A stretch of DNA of 64,000 nt from positions 218,404 through 282,403 of the forward strand of contig JAUYMS010000048.1 in NCBI GenBank assembly GCA_030698625.1. The letters run 5' to 3'. Positions 11,074 through 20,151 of the stretch are shown in pieces. Positions within the stretch are counted from its first letter, which is position 1, and every line of letters begins with the position of its first letter. The notes under the pieces were generated by a model. That model was not told where the DNA came from and made no database searches. It saw nothing but the letters and a program-made list of their open reading frames with translations. Source of the DNA: Candidatus Omnitrophota bacterium (GTDB lineage Bacteria; Omnitrophota; Omnitrophia; Omnitrophales; Aquincolibacteriaceae). Both the position numbers and the translations under genes were made by a program.

Positions 11074-11828
11074 ACAGTAGGTTTAGGGGGTTGTGTGGGC
11101 TGCGGTTTGGCGGCGGCCGGTCTCGGCGGTGCGGGGGCGGCATCCAGGTCTGGTGCCTTCGCTTTGCGTCGAATAACTATCGGCTGTCCGTAGCGCTCCT
11201 TGCGGTGATCCACTTCGCGGGGCTGCCACACTTCCGGATTAAACTTTGGAACAAGACCGCGGGGACCGAGTTCCGGTATGGGGAATTCGCGCGTCAGCCC
11301 CTTTTGATACCACTCCGTCTTTTCGATGACTTGGGAGTCAATTTTTTTTTGTAATTCCATAAGACCATACAGGAGGGCCTCCGGCCGGGGCGGGCAACCG
11401 GGCAGGTGAACATCCACGGGGATGAAACGATCGATACCCCGTAACACATTGTAGCCGTCGATAAAAGGCCCGCCCGCGATGGAACAAGCTCCCATGGTAA
11501 TGAGGTATTTGGGTTCCGCCATTTGATTATAGAGACGCACGACTTGAGGGGTCATCTTCTTGGTAACCGTGCCGGCGACGATCATGAGATCGGACTGGCG
11601 AGGAGAAGCCCTGAAGAGCTCAGCGCCGAAACGCGCGATGTCGTAACGGGCACAAGCTGTGGCAATCATCTCAATCGCACAACAGGCCAAGCCAAATTGC
11701 ATAGGCCAGATCGAGGAGCGCCTGCCCCAGTTGTACAACTCATTCATCGTTGTGACGACAATGCCCTTCTTGCTCAACTCACTTTTGAGGCCATCATCAA
11801 CAACGGTAGCGTTTTGTGTAAGTCCCAT
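11070..11828 (-). CDS. nuoB: NADH-quinone oxidoreductase subunit B with long C-terminal extension
   Basis: [31 protein letters not shown]. Confidence 0.95.
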   Translation of the reverse strand: MGLTQNATVVDDGLKSELSKKGIVVTTMNELYNWGRRSSIWPMQFGLACCAIEMIATACARYDIARFGAELFRASPRQSDLMIVAGTVTKKMTPQVVRLYNQMAEPKYLITMGACSIAGGPFIDGYNVLRGIDRFIPVDVHLPGCPPRPEALLYGLMELQKKIDSQVIEKTEWYQKGLTREFPIPELGPRGLVPKFNPEVWQPREVDHRKERYGQPIVIRRKAKAPDLDAAPAPPRPAAAKPQPTQPPKPTV

Positions 11829-11846
11829 ACCTGCCTTATTAATGAA

Positions 11847-12218
11847 TTATTCCCACTCAAGGGCCTTTTTGCGCCATTCATAGGCCAGTCCCACCAGCAG
11901 AATAAGCAAAAAGAAGATCATGGGGACAAATCCGCTCATCCCCAGCTTTTTAAAGGAAACGGCCCACGGGTAAATGAAGACGGTCTCCACGTCGAATATG
12001 ACAAATATAAGGGCATATATATAGAACTGAATCCGAAATTGTATCCAGGAGTCACCCGGAGACTCAAGGCCGCACTCATAGGTGGCATTTTTGATTGCCG
12101 AAGGTTTTCTGGGGGCCGCGACCCGCGCCACGACTAGGGGAAGCACCGCAAAGAAAACGGCAAAAAGAAAGAAGATACCGATAAAAAGGTAATGATAAAA
12201 GTAAGAATCTACGCTCAT
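11847..12218 (-). CDS. nuoA: NADH-quinone oxidoreductase subunit A
   Basis: TYECG, FVIFDVETVFIYPWAV, YEWRKKALEW. Confidence 0.95.
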   Translation of the reverse strand: MSVDSYFYHYLFIGIFFLFAVFFAVLPLVVARVAAPRKPSAIKNATYECGLESPGDSWIQFRIQFYIYALIFVIFDVETVFIYPWAVSFKKLGMSGFVPMIFFLLILLVGLAYEWRKKALEWE

Positions 12219-12227
12219 AACCCACTC

Positions 12228-12255
12228 ATTATAAAAGGATAAGCGGGAATGTCAA
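12228..12255 (-). promoter_or_regulatory. Sigma70-type promoter of the nuo operon
   Basis: Minus strand TTGACA-N16-TATAAT (both hexamers consensus), 9 nt before the nuoA ATG. Confidence 0.75.
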
Positions 12256-12295
12256 TCCATCTCAAATGAGCACTTCGCGACTTTTCTTGGAAGGT

Positions 12296-13480
12296 TTACC
12301 GATTATGCGACACTAATGATAGTACGCCTGAATAGTGATGCAGGTGATTGACATAGTCAAGCGGGGCAAGTTCTCCGTATGTGAAGAAGCCGATGATCGG
12401 AACATCTGGAAAAAACTTCCGAATCATGGATATGTCTTGGTTGGCCTCGCCGTAGAGCGTTTGGCCGCGCGTGCAGAAGTTGAAATAAAAACCGAAATCA
12501 GGTTTGTCGGGCTCGACACGGTGTTTCAGATTGTCCAGCATGTTGGTCATGTTCTGGCGCGCGCCCTTCGGATCACGCACCGTAAAAGTAACGAAGTCAC
12601 CCTGCTCTACCGGCGCGGCGCAGGATAGCATGCCCTTTTTCGCGTTAACGCTCAGGATGTTCCGGATAAGATAGTGGGACTCGGCAAAATCGGTCTGGAA
12701 ACTCCGAGTCGGAAGACCGAGGAATACGTTTTGAAACGCCTGCTCGGGGTTTCCGGACTCGATTTTGGAAACATGTTCCAAAAAGATGTCATAAGCCGGA
12801 CGGCCATTCATTTCGTAAATTTCATTGCCCGTGGCGCGAGTTATTTGCAGAGGTTCGCCGAAGGGTTGACAGGATTGCGTGATTCCGCTCGTGACTCTCA
12901 AGTTACCGCCGAATATGGCACCCGCTATGGCATCGTAGGTGGCCTCTTTACCCATGAATTGGTATACTTTCTGATCCATTTCATGTTCCGAAGAGATGCC
13001 GCCGATCATCGGAAGGTACCCGTAGGCTTGCTCGAACCCGTCAAAGAACATATGGCTTTGAAAACTAAAAGCATCGGGTAATAGCATAAGAAACGAAGGC
13101 AGAAGGCACTCACCCCGAATCAAATCACCGATATTGCGGCCGACAGTGAGGCTGCTCTCCTGAAGATTTTTCATTAAAAATGGCGTGCACTCGATGAAGT
13201 CCGATGCCACTAGCATGATTGCTACGGCATGGTCACTTTCGAGTTCGGCTTCTTCGGTGATTACCCCATACGCGCTCGAACCGATGATGTTTTTGGCGCC
13301 AGTGACACGACTGATCGTCTGCAGCAACGTCTCATGTTTTTGGGGTTCATGACAGGTCGTGAAAACAAAAGCAATATCGGCGCTTTGAATTTTTGCTTTT
13401 GCTAAGGCCGTGTGACAAGCTTGTTCTGCAGCTTTTGAAATGGAGTTCGATTCGGAATGGGCGGTTGCCGCACGTATCAT
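12296..13480 (-). CDS. FIST N/C domain sensory protein (NosP-like family)
   Basis: N-terminal GSSAYGVI, PMIGG, ITRATGNEIYEMNGRPA, C-terminal GFFTYGELAP typical of FIST_C. Confidence 0.82.
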   Translation of the reverse strand: MIRAATAHSESNSISKAAEQACHTALAKAKIQSADIAFVFTTCHEPQKHETLLQTISRVTGAKNIIGSSAYGVITEEAELESDHAVAIMLVASDFIECTPFLMKNLQESSLTVGRNIGDLIRGECLLPSFLMLLPDAFSFQSHMFFDGFEQAYGYLPMIGGISSEHEMDQKVYQFMGKEATYDAIAGAIFGGNLRVTSGITQSCQPFGEPLQITRATGNEIYEMNGRPAYDIFLEHVSKIESGNPEQAFQNVFLGLPTRSFQTDFAESHYLIRNILSVNAKKGMLSCAAPVEQGDFVTFTVRDPKGARQNMTNMLDNLKHRVEPDKPDFGFYFNFCTRGQTLYGEANQDISMIRKFFPDVPIIGFFTYGELAPLDYVNHLHHYSGVLSLVSHNR

Positions 13481-13488
13481 ACGAGCGA

Positions 13489-13517
13489 ATTATATAGTGC
13501 GTAGTGAAGCGAGTCTA
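13489..13517 (-). promoter_or_regulatory. Sigma70-type promoter of the FIST gene
   Basis: Minus strand TAGACT-N17-TATAAT, 8 nt before ATG 13480. Confidence 0.6.
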
Positions 13518-13545
13518 CAAACTATACAATGAATAGCAATTTTTC

Positions 13546-13574
13546 TTGACCGACTTCGAACCCGCTCTTATGCT
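13546..13574 (+). promoter_or_regulatory. Sigma70-type promoter of the m5C methyltransferase gene
   Basis: TTGACC-N17-TATGCT, 6 nt before ATG 13581; no Shine-Dalgarno. Confidence 0.6.
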
Positions 13575-13580
13575 CCCTTC

Positions 13581-14555
13581 ATGAACTCAATTCAGAAAGA
13601 TTTGCCCCCGGAATTTCTTGAACGACTCCGCCGGATCGTCCCAGAAAGTCGTTGGGGTGACGTGCTTCGCAGTTTTAGTGAGTCGAGGGCGACAACTTTC
13701 CGCGTAAATCCACTTAAGACGACACGTGATGAAATAAAAGAACAGCTGAAAAAACGAGACTTTGCCGTGCGTGAAGTCGCATGGTATGAAGATGCGTTCA
13801 TTTTTATGAACGGTCAGGTGCGTGACTTGCAATCCATGGAGGCTTACGCCCGAGGTGAAATCTATATCCAGGGCTTGGCCAGCATGCTTCCAGCGCTGTT
13901 CTTAAAACCGGAAGCAGGAATGGAAGTCCTGGACTTGGCTGCCGCGCCCGGAAGTAAGACGACTCAGATCGCTGCCATGATGTCGGGGCAGGGACGGCTT
14001 GTCGCTAACGACAACAATAGGAAAAGATATTACAAACTAAGGGCACTTGTGAAAGGCCAGGGAGCCGACTTTGCTACGCTTGAATGCCGGGACGGCGGGG
14101 CCTATGGGCGGCAGCCTGAAAATTGCTTTGATCGAGTGCTTTTGGACGCCCCCTGTTCGAGTGAGGCTCGATTTCGGGCAGGGGATCCGGCCACCTACCA
14201 GTATTGGAGACCCAGGAAGATCCACGAAATGGCTCATAAGCAACGACGCCTCCTGGAGGGCGCAGTTCGGGCTCTTAAGCCCGGGGGACTTTGTGTTTAT
14301 TCGACTTGTTCCTACGGGCCTGAGGAAAATGAGGCCATTTTGGATTTCGTGGTTCATAAATATAATCATAGTATAGAGTTAGAAGATCCAAGGCAGTGGC
14401 CAGACTCACCGCTCCTCTCCCTTTCAAATGCCGTCGAAGGCATGCCTCAGTGGGAGGACAAAACGTTTGACGCAAGCGTTACGCGAGCGGTTCGCATATT
14501 ACCGAATGAAGACATGGAAGGATTTTTTATTGCCTGCATCCGTAAGCTAAAATGA
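13581..14555 (+). CDS. RsmB/RsmF/NOP2-family RNA cytosine-C5 methyltransferase (short form)
   Basis: VLDLAAAPGSKTTQ, FDRVLLDAPCS, LKPGGLCVYSTCS, EENE, EGFFIA; both catalytic Cys present. Confidence 0.9.
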   Translation: MNSIQKDLPPEFLERLRRIVPESRWGDVLRSFSESRATTFRVNPLKTTRDEIKEQLKKRDFAVREVAWYEDAFIFMNGQVRDLQSMEAYARGEIYIQGLASMLPALFLKPEAGMEVLDLAAAPGSKTTQIAAMMSGQGRLVANDNNRKRYYKLRALVKGQGADFATLECRDGGAYGRQPENCFDRVLLDAPCSSEARFRAGDPATYQYWRPRKIHEMAHKQRRLLEGAVRALKPGGLCVYSTCSYGPEENEAILDFVVHKYNHSIELEDPRQWPDSPLLSLSNAVEGMPQWEDKTFDASVTRAVRILPNEDMEGFFIACIRKLK

Positions 14556-15007
14556 CTAAAAAGCCAAAAAAAACACCAAAAATGCCGTGGATTGAAGTGG
14601 GATGTGCAATCATTCAACATCAGGGCAAGCTTCTTATTGCACAGCGCAGGCCGAGCCCCGATTGGGGCGGGTACTGGGAATTTCCCGGGGGAAAGCGCTG
14701 GGAGAATGAGTCCATGGAAGACTGTCTCGTGCGCGAGGCGGCCGAGGAGCTGGGAGTTAGGATTACGCCCAAGTGTTTTCTGGCGAGGCGTCCTGTTATT
14801 GACCGTAACCGAAGGCTCATGCTGGAATTCTATCTGTGCGATTGGTCGGGCGGTGTGCCTGTCAGGCGAGAGTGCCTTAATTGGGAGTGGGTTCGCCCCA
14901 CGGAACTACGGCGATTCAATTTTTTGCCGGCGGACACTGAAATTATCAATCATCTGATTCAAATGCAGGGCTATTATTTCAGTCCCAGGGTACGCCCAGG
15001 GAAGTAA
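14552..15007 (+). CDS. NUDIX hydrolase, MutT/NudG-like
   Basis: WEFPGGK...REAAEELG Nudix box, FLPAD; ATGA overlap with upstream gene. Confidence 0.88.
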   Translation: MTKKPKKTPKMPWIEVGCAIIQHQGKLLIAQRRPSPDWGGYWEFPGGKRWENESMEDCLVREAAEELGVRITPKCFLARRPVIDRNRRLMLEFYLCDWSGGVPVRRECLNWEWVRPTELRRFNFLPADTEIINHLIQMQGYYFSPRVRPGK

Positions 15008-15080
15008 AGATTAGCCTTTTGATATACGTTATAATACAGACGGGTAGTCTCACGCGAACCGGGTTACAAGAAAGATAGCC

Positions 15081-16910
15081 GTGGCCAAGATTCCATCCAT
15101 AGTGAGTTCATTGCGAAAGGGTGTAAAGGATAAGAAAGCCATTCGCGTTTCTCTGCGCTACAAAGTTGCCGTCCCCGTCTTTATCATCGTTACACTGATG
15201 TTGTTCATGCTGTTTCAGACAACCTTCCGCTTCGCCCGCGATGTTTTACGCGAGCAGAATGAGCACCGGCTCTTGGCCATTGCGGAGGTCTTCATCGAGA
15301 CGTTGAAAGTGCCCTTGATTCTCGATAACCACCAAATCCTAGTGGCAAATCTCGACTGGATGGCGAAACGTCCCGACGTTATTGATGTGCGCGTTGAGGA
15401 TGATGAAGGGCAGGTTATTGGCAGCACGAACCCGGCGCGGCTTGAACTGCCCGAGAGCGTCAAGGATAAAGACTTCTTTGGTGTGCAGCAATTTGCAAAC
15501 GACCGCTATGCTGTTTCCGTGCCGATTAACGTGGGCGAGCGGCATTTGGGACGTTTGATGATTATCTTCGCGCAGTTAGGTTTCGAAGAGGAGTTACGCG
15601 GGATCTTTCAGGAGCGGATCCGGCTCGCCTTCGTCATGGGTATCGGTCTTGCGCTTATGACCGCAGGAGTCACGTGGCTCGCCTTAAGGCCGTTGATTAT
15701 TCTGAGGCACACAGTCAATGAAATCATGAACGGAGATATGAGTGCGCGTGCCGGAATTCACTCCTTTGACGAAATCCAAGATTTGGGCGAAGCATTCAAT
15801 GAAATGGTTTCTCGCCTGACACGCAGCTTGGATACCTTGCGCGCGAGAACCGAGGCGCTCGAAGAGTCGGAGGAGAAATACCGTCTCATTGTTGATAATG
15901 CAAGCGACATCATTTTCGCCTTAACCCCTGAGGGCGATATTGTTTTTCTCAACGAGGGATTTTCGGGATGCTCGCGGGAAGAGCTGTTGCATGAGGGCCT
16001 AAGCCTCATGCTGGACATGCACTCCCCCGACACGCGTGAAAAGTTTGAAGACGCACTCAGGGCCGTAGCCGAAAAGAAGACGTCAGTCACTAATGTGGAA
16101 ACCACGCATATTCACCGGCGCAACCGGGCCGAATTTTTTCATCTCACGAACCTGACCCCGCTTGTTGATCACGACGGCAGCGTCAAGCTGATCCAGGGTG
16201 TGATGCGTGACGTGACGGAACTCAAGCGCATCGAGCGCATGAAGGAGTCTCTGGTTCGCGACGTTGCGCACGAGCTGAAAACACCCACGGCAAAATTTGA
16301 GATGGCGGTCAGTTGGCTCGAGGCCGAAATGAAGAAGGACGAAGGTATGAAAAAATACGAGCAGCTTATCGAAATGATTAAGAACAACACCGACCGCTTG
16401 ATGCGCACCATTACGAGCATCATGGATCTGACGAAGCTGGAATCCGGCATGGCTCAAGTTGTCAACGACCCCTTGGATTTAAACGATGTCTTGGTGCAGG
16501 TGCGCCAGGATATGGTATCTCTTTGCGAGCGCAAAGGGCTCGTCTTGAAATACAACCCATGCTCGGAACCGCTGCCGATGAAGGGAGACCGCGATATGTT
16601 GTACCGCCTCCTGGTCAATCTTATCGGCAATGCCATTAAATTTACCGAAAAGGGCCAGATTATACTGTCGAGTCAGCGGGTGGAAGCGCAGGCCGTTATC
16701 GAAGTCCGTGATACGGGAATGGGTATTTCCAAGGAAGATTTGGAAACGGTTTTTGACCGTTTCGTTCAAAAAACGGCTTCATCGACGGGCATCGGAGTCG
16801 GGTTGACGATTTCGCGTGATATCGCCGCGCTTCACGAAGGCCGTATCTGGGCAGAGAGCTTGGGACCGGGAAAGGGAGCTAGCTTTAAAGTGGAGTTTCC
16901 ATTAAGCTAG
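15081..16910 (+). CDS. Membrane sensor histidine kinase (HAMP-PAS-HisKA-HATPase)
   Basis: Two TM segments, HAMP (DEIQDLGEAFNEM), AHELKTP, NLIGNAIKFT, DTGMGI, GIGVGL. Confidence 0.92.
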   Translation: MAKIPSIVSSLRKGVKDKKAIRVSLRYKVAVPVFIIVTLMLFMLFQTTFRFARDVLREQNEHRLLAIAEVFIETLKVPLILDNHQILVANLDWMAKRPDVIDVRVEDDEGQVIGSTNPARLELPESVKDKDFFGVQQFANDRYAVSVPINVGERHLGRLMIIFAQLGFEEELRGIFQERIRLAFVMGIGLALMTAGVTWLALRPLIILRHTVNEIMNGDMSARAGIHSFDEIQDLGEAFNEMVSRLTRSLDTLRARTEALEESEEKYRLIVDNASDIIFALTPEGDIVFLNEGFSGCSREELLHEGLSLMLDMHSPDTREKFEDALRAVAEKKTSVTNVETTHIHRRNRAEFFHLTNLTPLVDHDGSVKLIQGVMRDVTELKRIERMKESLVRDVAHELKTPTAKFEMAVSWLEAEMKKDEGMKKYEQLIEMIKNNTDRLMRTITSIMDLTKLESGMAQVVNDPLDLNDVLVQVRQDMVSLCERKGLVLKYNPCSEPLPMKGDRDMLYRLLVNLIGNAIKFTEKGQIILSSQRVEAQAVIEVRDTGMGISKEDLETVFDRFVQKTASSTGIGVGLTISRDIAALHEGRIWAESLGPGKGASFKVEFPLS

Positions 16911-16915
16911 AAGTG

Positions 16916-17284
16916 ATGGCTGAAGGCAAAAAAATACTGATTGTAGACGATGACGAAGACCTGCAGTTGCTTTACGGACTTTTTCTGCAGGGTTTCAATT
17001 ATGTTGTTGTGAGAGCGGGCGATGGCGAGGAGGCGCTCCGCCAAATCGAGGCAGAAAAGCCTGATTTGGTTATCCTCGACATGATTATGCCTGTCATGGA
17101 CGGGGAGGAGTGCCTGACGAAACTCCGGACGGAGAAGAAAAATACGACGCCCGTCATCATCGCCAGTGTGAATGACAAGATTCCCCAGGAATTACTCGAT
17201 TTAGGCCATGTCTACACGACCCTCAAGAAGCCATTCACGATGGAAGCTCTGGTAGAAAAAATAGAGGGTGCCCTGGCGGGTTAA
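16916..17284 (+). CDS. Single-domain response regulator (REC)
   Basis: ILIVDDD, LDMIMPVMDG, KP. Confidence 0.9.
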   Translation: MAEGKKILIVDDDEDLQLLYGLFLQGFNYVVVRAGDGEEALRQIEAEKPDLVILDMIMPVMDGEECLTKLRTEKKNTTPVIIASVNDKIPQELLDLGHVYTTLKKPFTMEALVEKIEGALAG

Positions 17285-17295
17285 CCCACCTCTTC

Positions 17296-17727
17296 ATGAA
17301 GCCGTACGAACTTATCGATCATCCTGCCGACATCGGCCTTAAAATCCATGGCCGCAACTTGGAAGAGTTCTTCACAAATGCTGCCCACGGTTTCACGAAT
17401 CTAGTTACGGATCTTGACGCGTTAGGTCAGCGTACCGATGCGGGGCGGCAATCTCAAGAAATCAGCCTGAAGGCAGAAGACCTGAGCGCCTTGTTTTTCA
17501 CTTGGCTAAGGGAGCTGCTTTACCTGTTTTCTGCCAAGAATCTGGTTTTTTCGGAATACCGGTTTGAGCACTTGAGCCATTGCGAACTTAAAGTTCGAGC
17601 GACGGGTGAACGCTTCGATCCGGACTACCACAGCCAAAAGGTGGAGGTCAAAGCCGTGACCTATCACCAGTACTCTGTAAAGGAAACTGCTGAAGGGTGG
17701 CAGGGGCAGGTAATTTTCGACATATGA
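17296..17727 (+). CDS. Archease
   Basis: YELIDHPADIG, EVKAVTYH, C-terminal IFDI; ATGA overlap with rtcB. Confidence 0.92.
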   Translation: MKPYELIDHPADIGLKIHGRNLEEFFTNAAHGFTNLVTDLDALGQRTDAGRQSQEISLKAEDLSALFFTWLRELLYLFSAKNLVFSEYRFEHLSHCELKVRATGERFDPDYHSQKVEVKAVTYHQYSVKETAEGWQGQVIFDI

Positions 17728-19181
17728 TGACCGCACATCCCCCGATCCGAAAGATCGACGATTACCGCTGGGAGATTCCCAAATCCTATAAGCCGGGAAT
17801 GCGTGTTCCGGGCCTGATATTCGCTACCGAAGAGATGATGAAATCGATTCGTTCTGACCAGGCCATTGAACAGGTTGCAAACGTGGCTCATCTCCCCGGG
17901 ATTGTACGATATTCGATTGCTATGCCGGACATCCATTGGGGCTACGGCTTTCCCATCGGCGGCGTTGCGGCAACCGATCCCAAAAACGGGGGCGTTATTT
18001 CCCCGGGTGGAATCGGTTTCGATATCAATTGCGGCGTAAGACTGCTTAGGACGGACCTTCGTGAAGAACAGGTCAGGCCGCGGCTCAGGGATTTGATAGG
18101 CAGTCTTTTTACCCGGGTTCCGTGTGGCGTCGGTGTGTCGGGAAAAATTCGGATTGCCGGTAAGGAGACAAGGAAGATGTTGGTCCGCGGAGCGCGTTGG
18201 GCGGTGGAGCAGGGTTATGGCGTCGCCGAAGACCTTGAGTATACGGAGGCCTCGGGCGTTCTTGAGGATGCCGACCCGGATGCCGTCTCGGAGCGTGCTT
18301 ATGAAAGGGGGCGGGATCAACTCGGAACCTTGGGGTCGGGAAATCATTTTCTGGAAGTTCAGGTCATCGACCAAATCCTGGAACCGGAAATTGCGGAAAG
18401 ACTAGAGCTTGAACTCGGGCAGATAACCATCATGATTCACTCCGGTTCAAGGGGATTCGGTTATCAGGTTTGCGATGACTATCTGCATCTCATGCGCCAG
18501 GCGCTCGGCAAATACAAGATCTCGCTGCCGGACCAGCAGCTGTCCTGTGCTCCCGTAAATTCCCCGGAAGGCAGGCGTTACCTTGGTGCGATGCGATGCG
18601 CCGCTAACTATGCCTGGAATAATCGACAATGTTTGATGTCGCTTACGAGGGATGTCTTTGAGCGGTGCTTCGGTGAGAGCTGGTCGAGTCTCGGCATGCG
18701 GCTCATCTATGATGTTGCGCACAATATCGCGAAATTCGAAAGGTATAGTGTCGACGGCGAGGAAAGGACTCTGTGTATTCATCGGAAGGGTGCGACGCGC
18801 GCCTTCGGGCCGGGCGCAGCAGAATTACCGGAAGATTACCGTGATATCGGTCAACCCGTGATTATCCCCGGAGACATGGGGCGGAACTCTTATCTTGCTG
18901 TGGGTACGGCCAAGGCCATGACTGAGACCTTCGCGTCTTCCTGTCATGGGGCGGGCAGGGCTATGTCTCGGCATGCGTCTGTTCGGCATGCCCGCGGTCG
19001 TTCCATTGAGAAAGAGCTAGAGGCCAAGGGGATTATTGTGATGGGGAAAGGTAAGAAAGGGATTGCTGAAGAGCAGCCCGCTGCCTATAAAGACGTCAAT
19101 CAAGTTGTCGATGTGGTCCATCAGGCGGGCATTATCCGCAAGGTCGTCCGCATGCGTCCGATAGGCGTTATTAAAGGGTAA
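17724..19181 (+). CDS. rtcB: RNA ligase RtcB (long, archaeal/eukaryotic-like form)
   Basis: MPDIHWGYGFPIGG, GFDINCGVR, GTLGSGNHFLE, HSGSRG, HN, HRKGAT, HGAGR, AYK. Confidence 0.96.
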   Translation: MMTAHPPIRKIDDYRWEIPKSYKPGMRVPGLIFATEEMMKSIRSDQAIEQVANVAHLPGIVRYSIAMPDIHWGYGFPIGGVAATDPKNGGVISPGGIGFDINCGVRLLRTDLREEQVRPRLRDLIGSLFTRVPCGVGVSGKIRIAGKETRKMLVRGARWAVEQGYGVAEDLEYTEASGVLEDADPDAVSERAYERGRDQLGTLGSGNHFLEVQVIDQILEPEIAERLELELGQITIMIHSGSRGFGYQVCDDYLHLMRQALGKYKISLPDQQLSCAPVNSPEGRRYLGAMRCAANYAWNNRQCLMSLTRDVFERCFGESWSSLGMRLIYDVAHNIAKFERYSVDGEERTLCIHRKGATRAFGPGAAELPEDYRDIGQPVIIPGDMGRNSYLAVGTAKAMTETFASSCHGAGRAMSRHASVRHARGRSIEKELEAKGIIVMGKGKKGIAEEQPAAYKDVNQVVDVVHQAGIIRKVVRMRPIGVIKG

Positions 19182-19256
19182 AAGAAGCCCCCAGTCTGTC
19201 CTTGCTTTTCCTCCGGATTCCTTTTAGAGTACCGACGAAATTTAATGGAGGCAATT

Positions 19257-20135
19257 ATGTTCACAAATCGCACACATCAATCGATCGTTCTGTCAGGGCT
19301 CGTTTTTTTACTCGGTATATTCAGCCCCTCATGTGTCGATGCCCGTGAATATAAGATGCTTCAGATTAAGGGCTCGGACACCATGGTCAATTTGGGTCAA
19401 GCCTGGGCCGAAGAGTTTATGGTGAGCAGAAATGATGTCAGCATTGCGGTTACCGGCGGTGGATCCGGCACAGGTATTGCAGCCATCCTGTCGGGGACAT
19501 GCGACATTGCTCAGTCATCCCGCGATCTCAAAGGCGCCGAAGAGGCAAAAGCTGTAGAAAGCGGTGCCCCTATCGTGACGACCATCGTGGGGTTAGACGG
19601 CGTTGCGGTGGTTACGCATCCTTTGAATCCGATTTCGAATCTTACCATTACGCAGCTTTCCGATATTTTTACCGGCAAGGTTACGAATTGGAAAGAGGTC
19701 GGCGGTGCCGATCTTCCGATTTTGGCACTTTCACGCGAAAGAAATTCGGGGACGCATATTTTTTTCTTGGAGGAGGTTCTGAGAAAGGGAAACAGCAAGG
19801 GGCCCGAAGAATTTTCCTCGTCAGCATTGATGATGCCGTCGAATCAGGCTATTGTTCAGGAAGTCAAAACGAGTGAGGCCGGGATCGGTTATGTGGGTAT
19901 CGGTTATCTTTCCGACGAGCTCAAGGTGATTCCGGTCGGACATGACAGCCAAGGGCCTTTCATAGTACCTACCGTGCAATCCGTTGCAGACGGGCAGTAT
20001 CCGATTTCACGATCTCTCTTGTTTCTTACTCGCGGTGAACCTCAGGGAGATGTTAGGGCATTTATTAACTTCGTCCTGAGTGCCGAGGGTCAGGAGATCG
20101 TCGAAATTCTGGATTTTGTTCCGATTAATCACTAA
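19257..20135 (+). CDS. pstS: Phosphate ABC transporter substrate-binding protein
   Basis: Signal peptide, KGSDTM, GGGSGTG, SRERNSGT, YPISR; GGAGG SD before ATG 19257. Confidence 0.93.
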   Translation: MFTNRTHQSIVLSGLVFLLGIFSPSCVDAREYKMLQIKGSDTMVNLGQAWAEEFMVSRNDVSIAVTGGGSGTGIAAILSGTCDIAQSSRDLKGAEEAKAVESGAPIVTTIVGLDGVAVVTHPLNPISNLTITQLSDIFTGKVTNWKEVGGADLPILALSRERNSGTHIFFLEEVLRKGNSKGPEEFSSSALMMPSNQAIVQEVKTSEAGIGYVGIGYLSDELKVIPVGHDSQGPFIVPTVQSVADGQYPISRSLLFLTRGEPQGDVRAFINFVLSAEGQEIVEILDFVPINH

Positions 20136-20151
20136 TCGGACTTCTTACTAC

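Noticed and set aside
9341-11828. EFG-less operon as a group 4 NiFe hydrogenase
   Set aside because: Large subunit lacks both CxxC nickel motifs; NuoB has the tandem CC of complex I; nuoA and nuoJ are present
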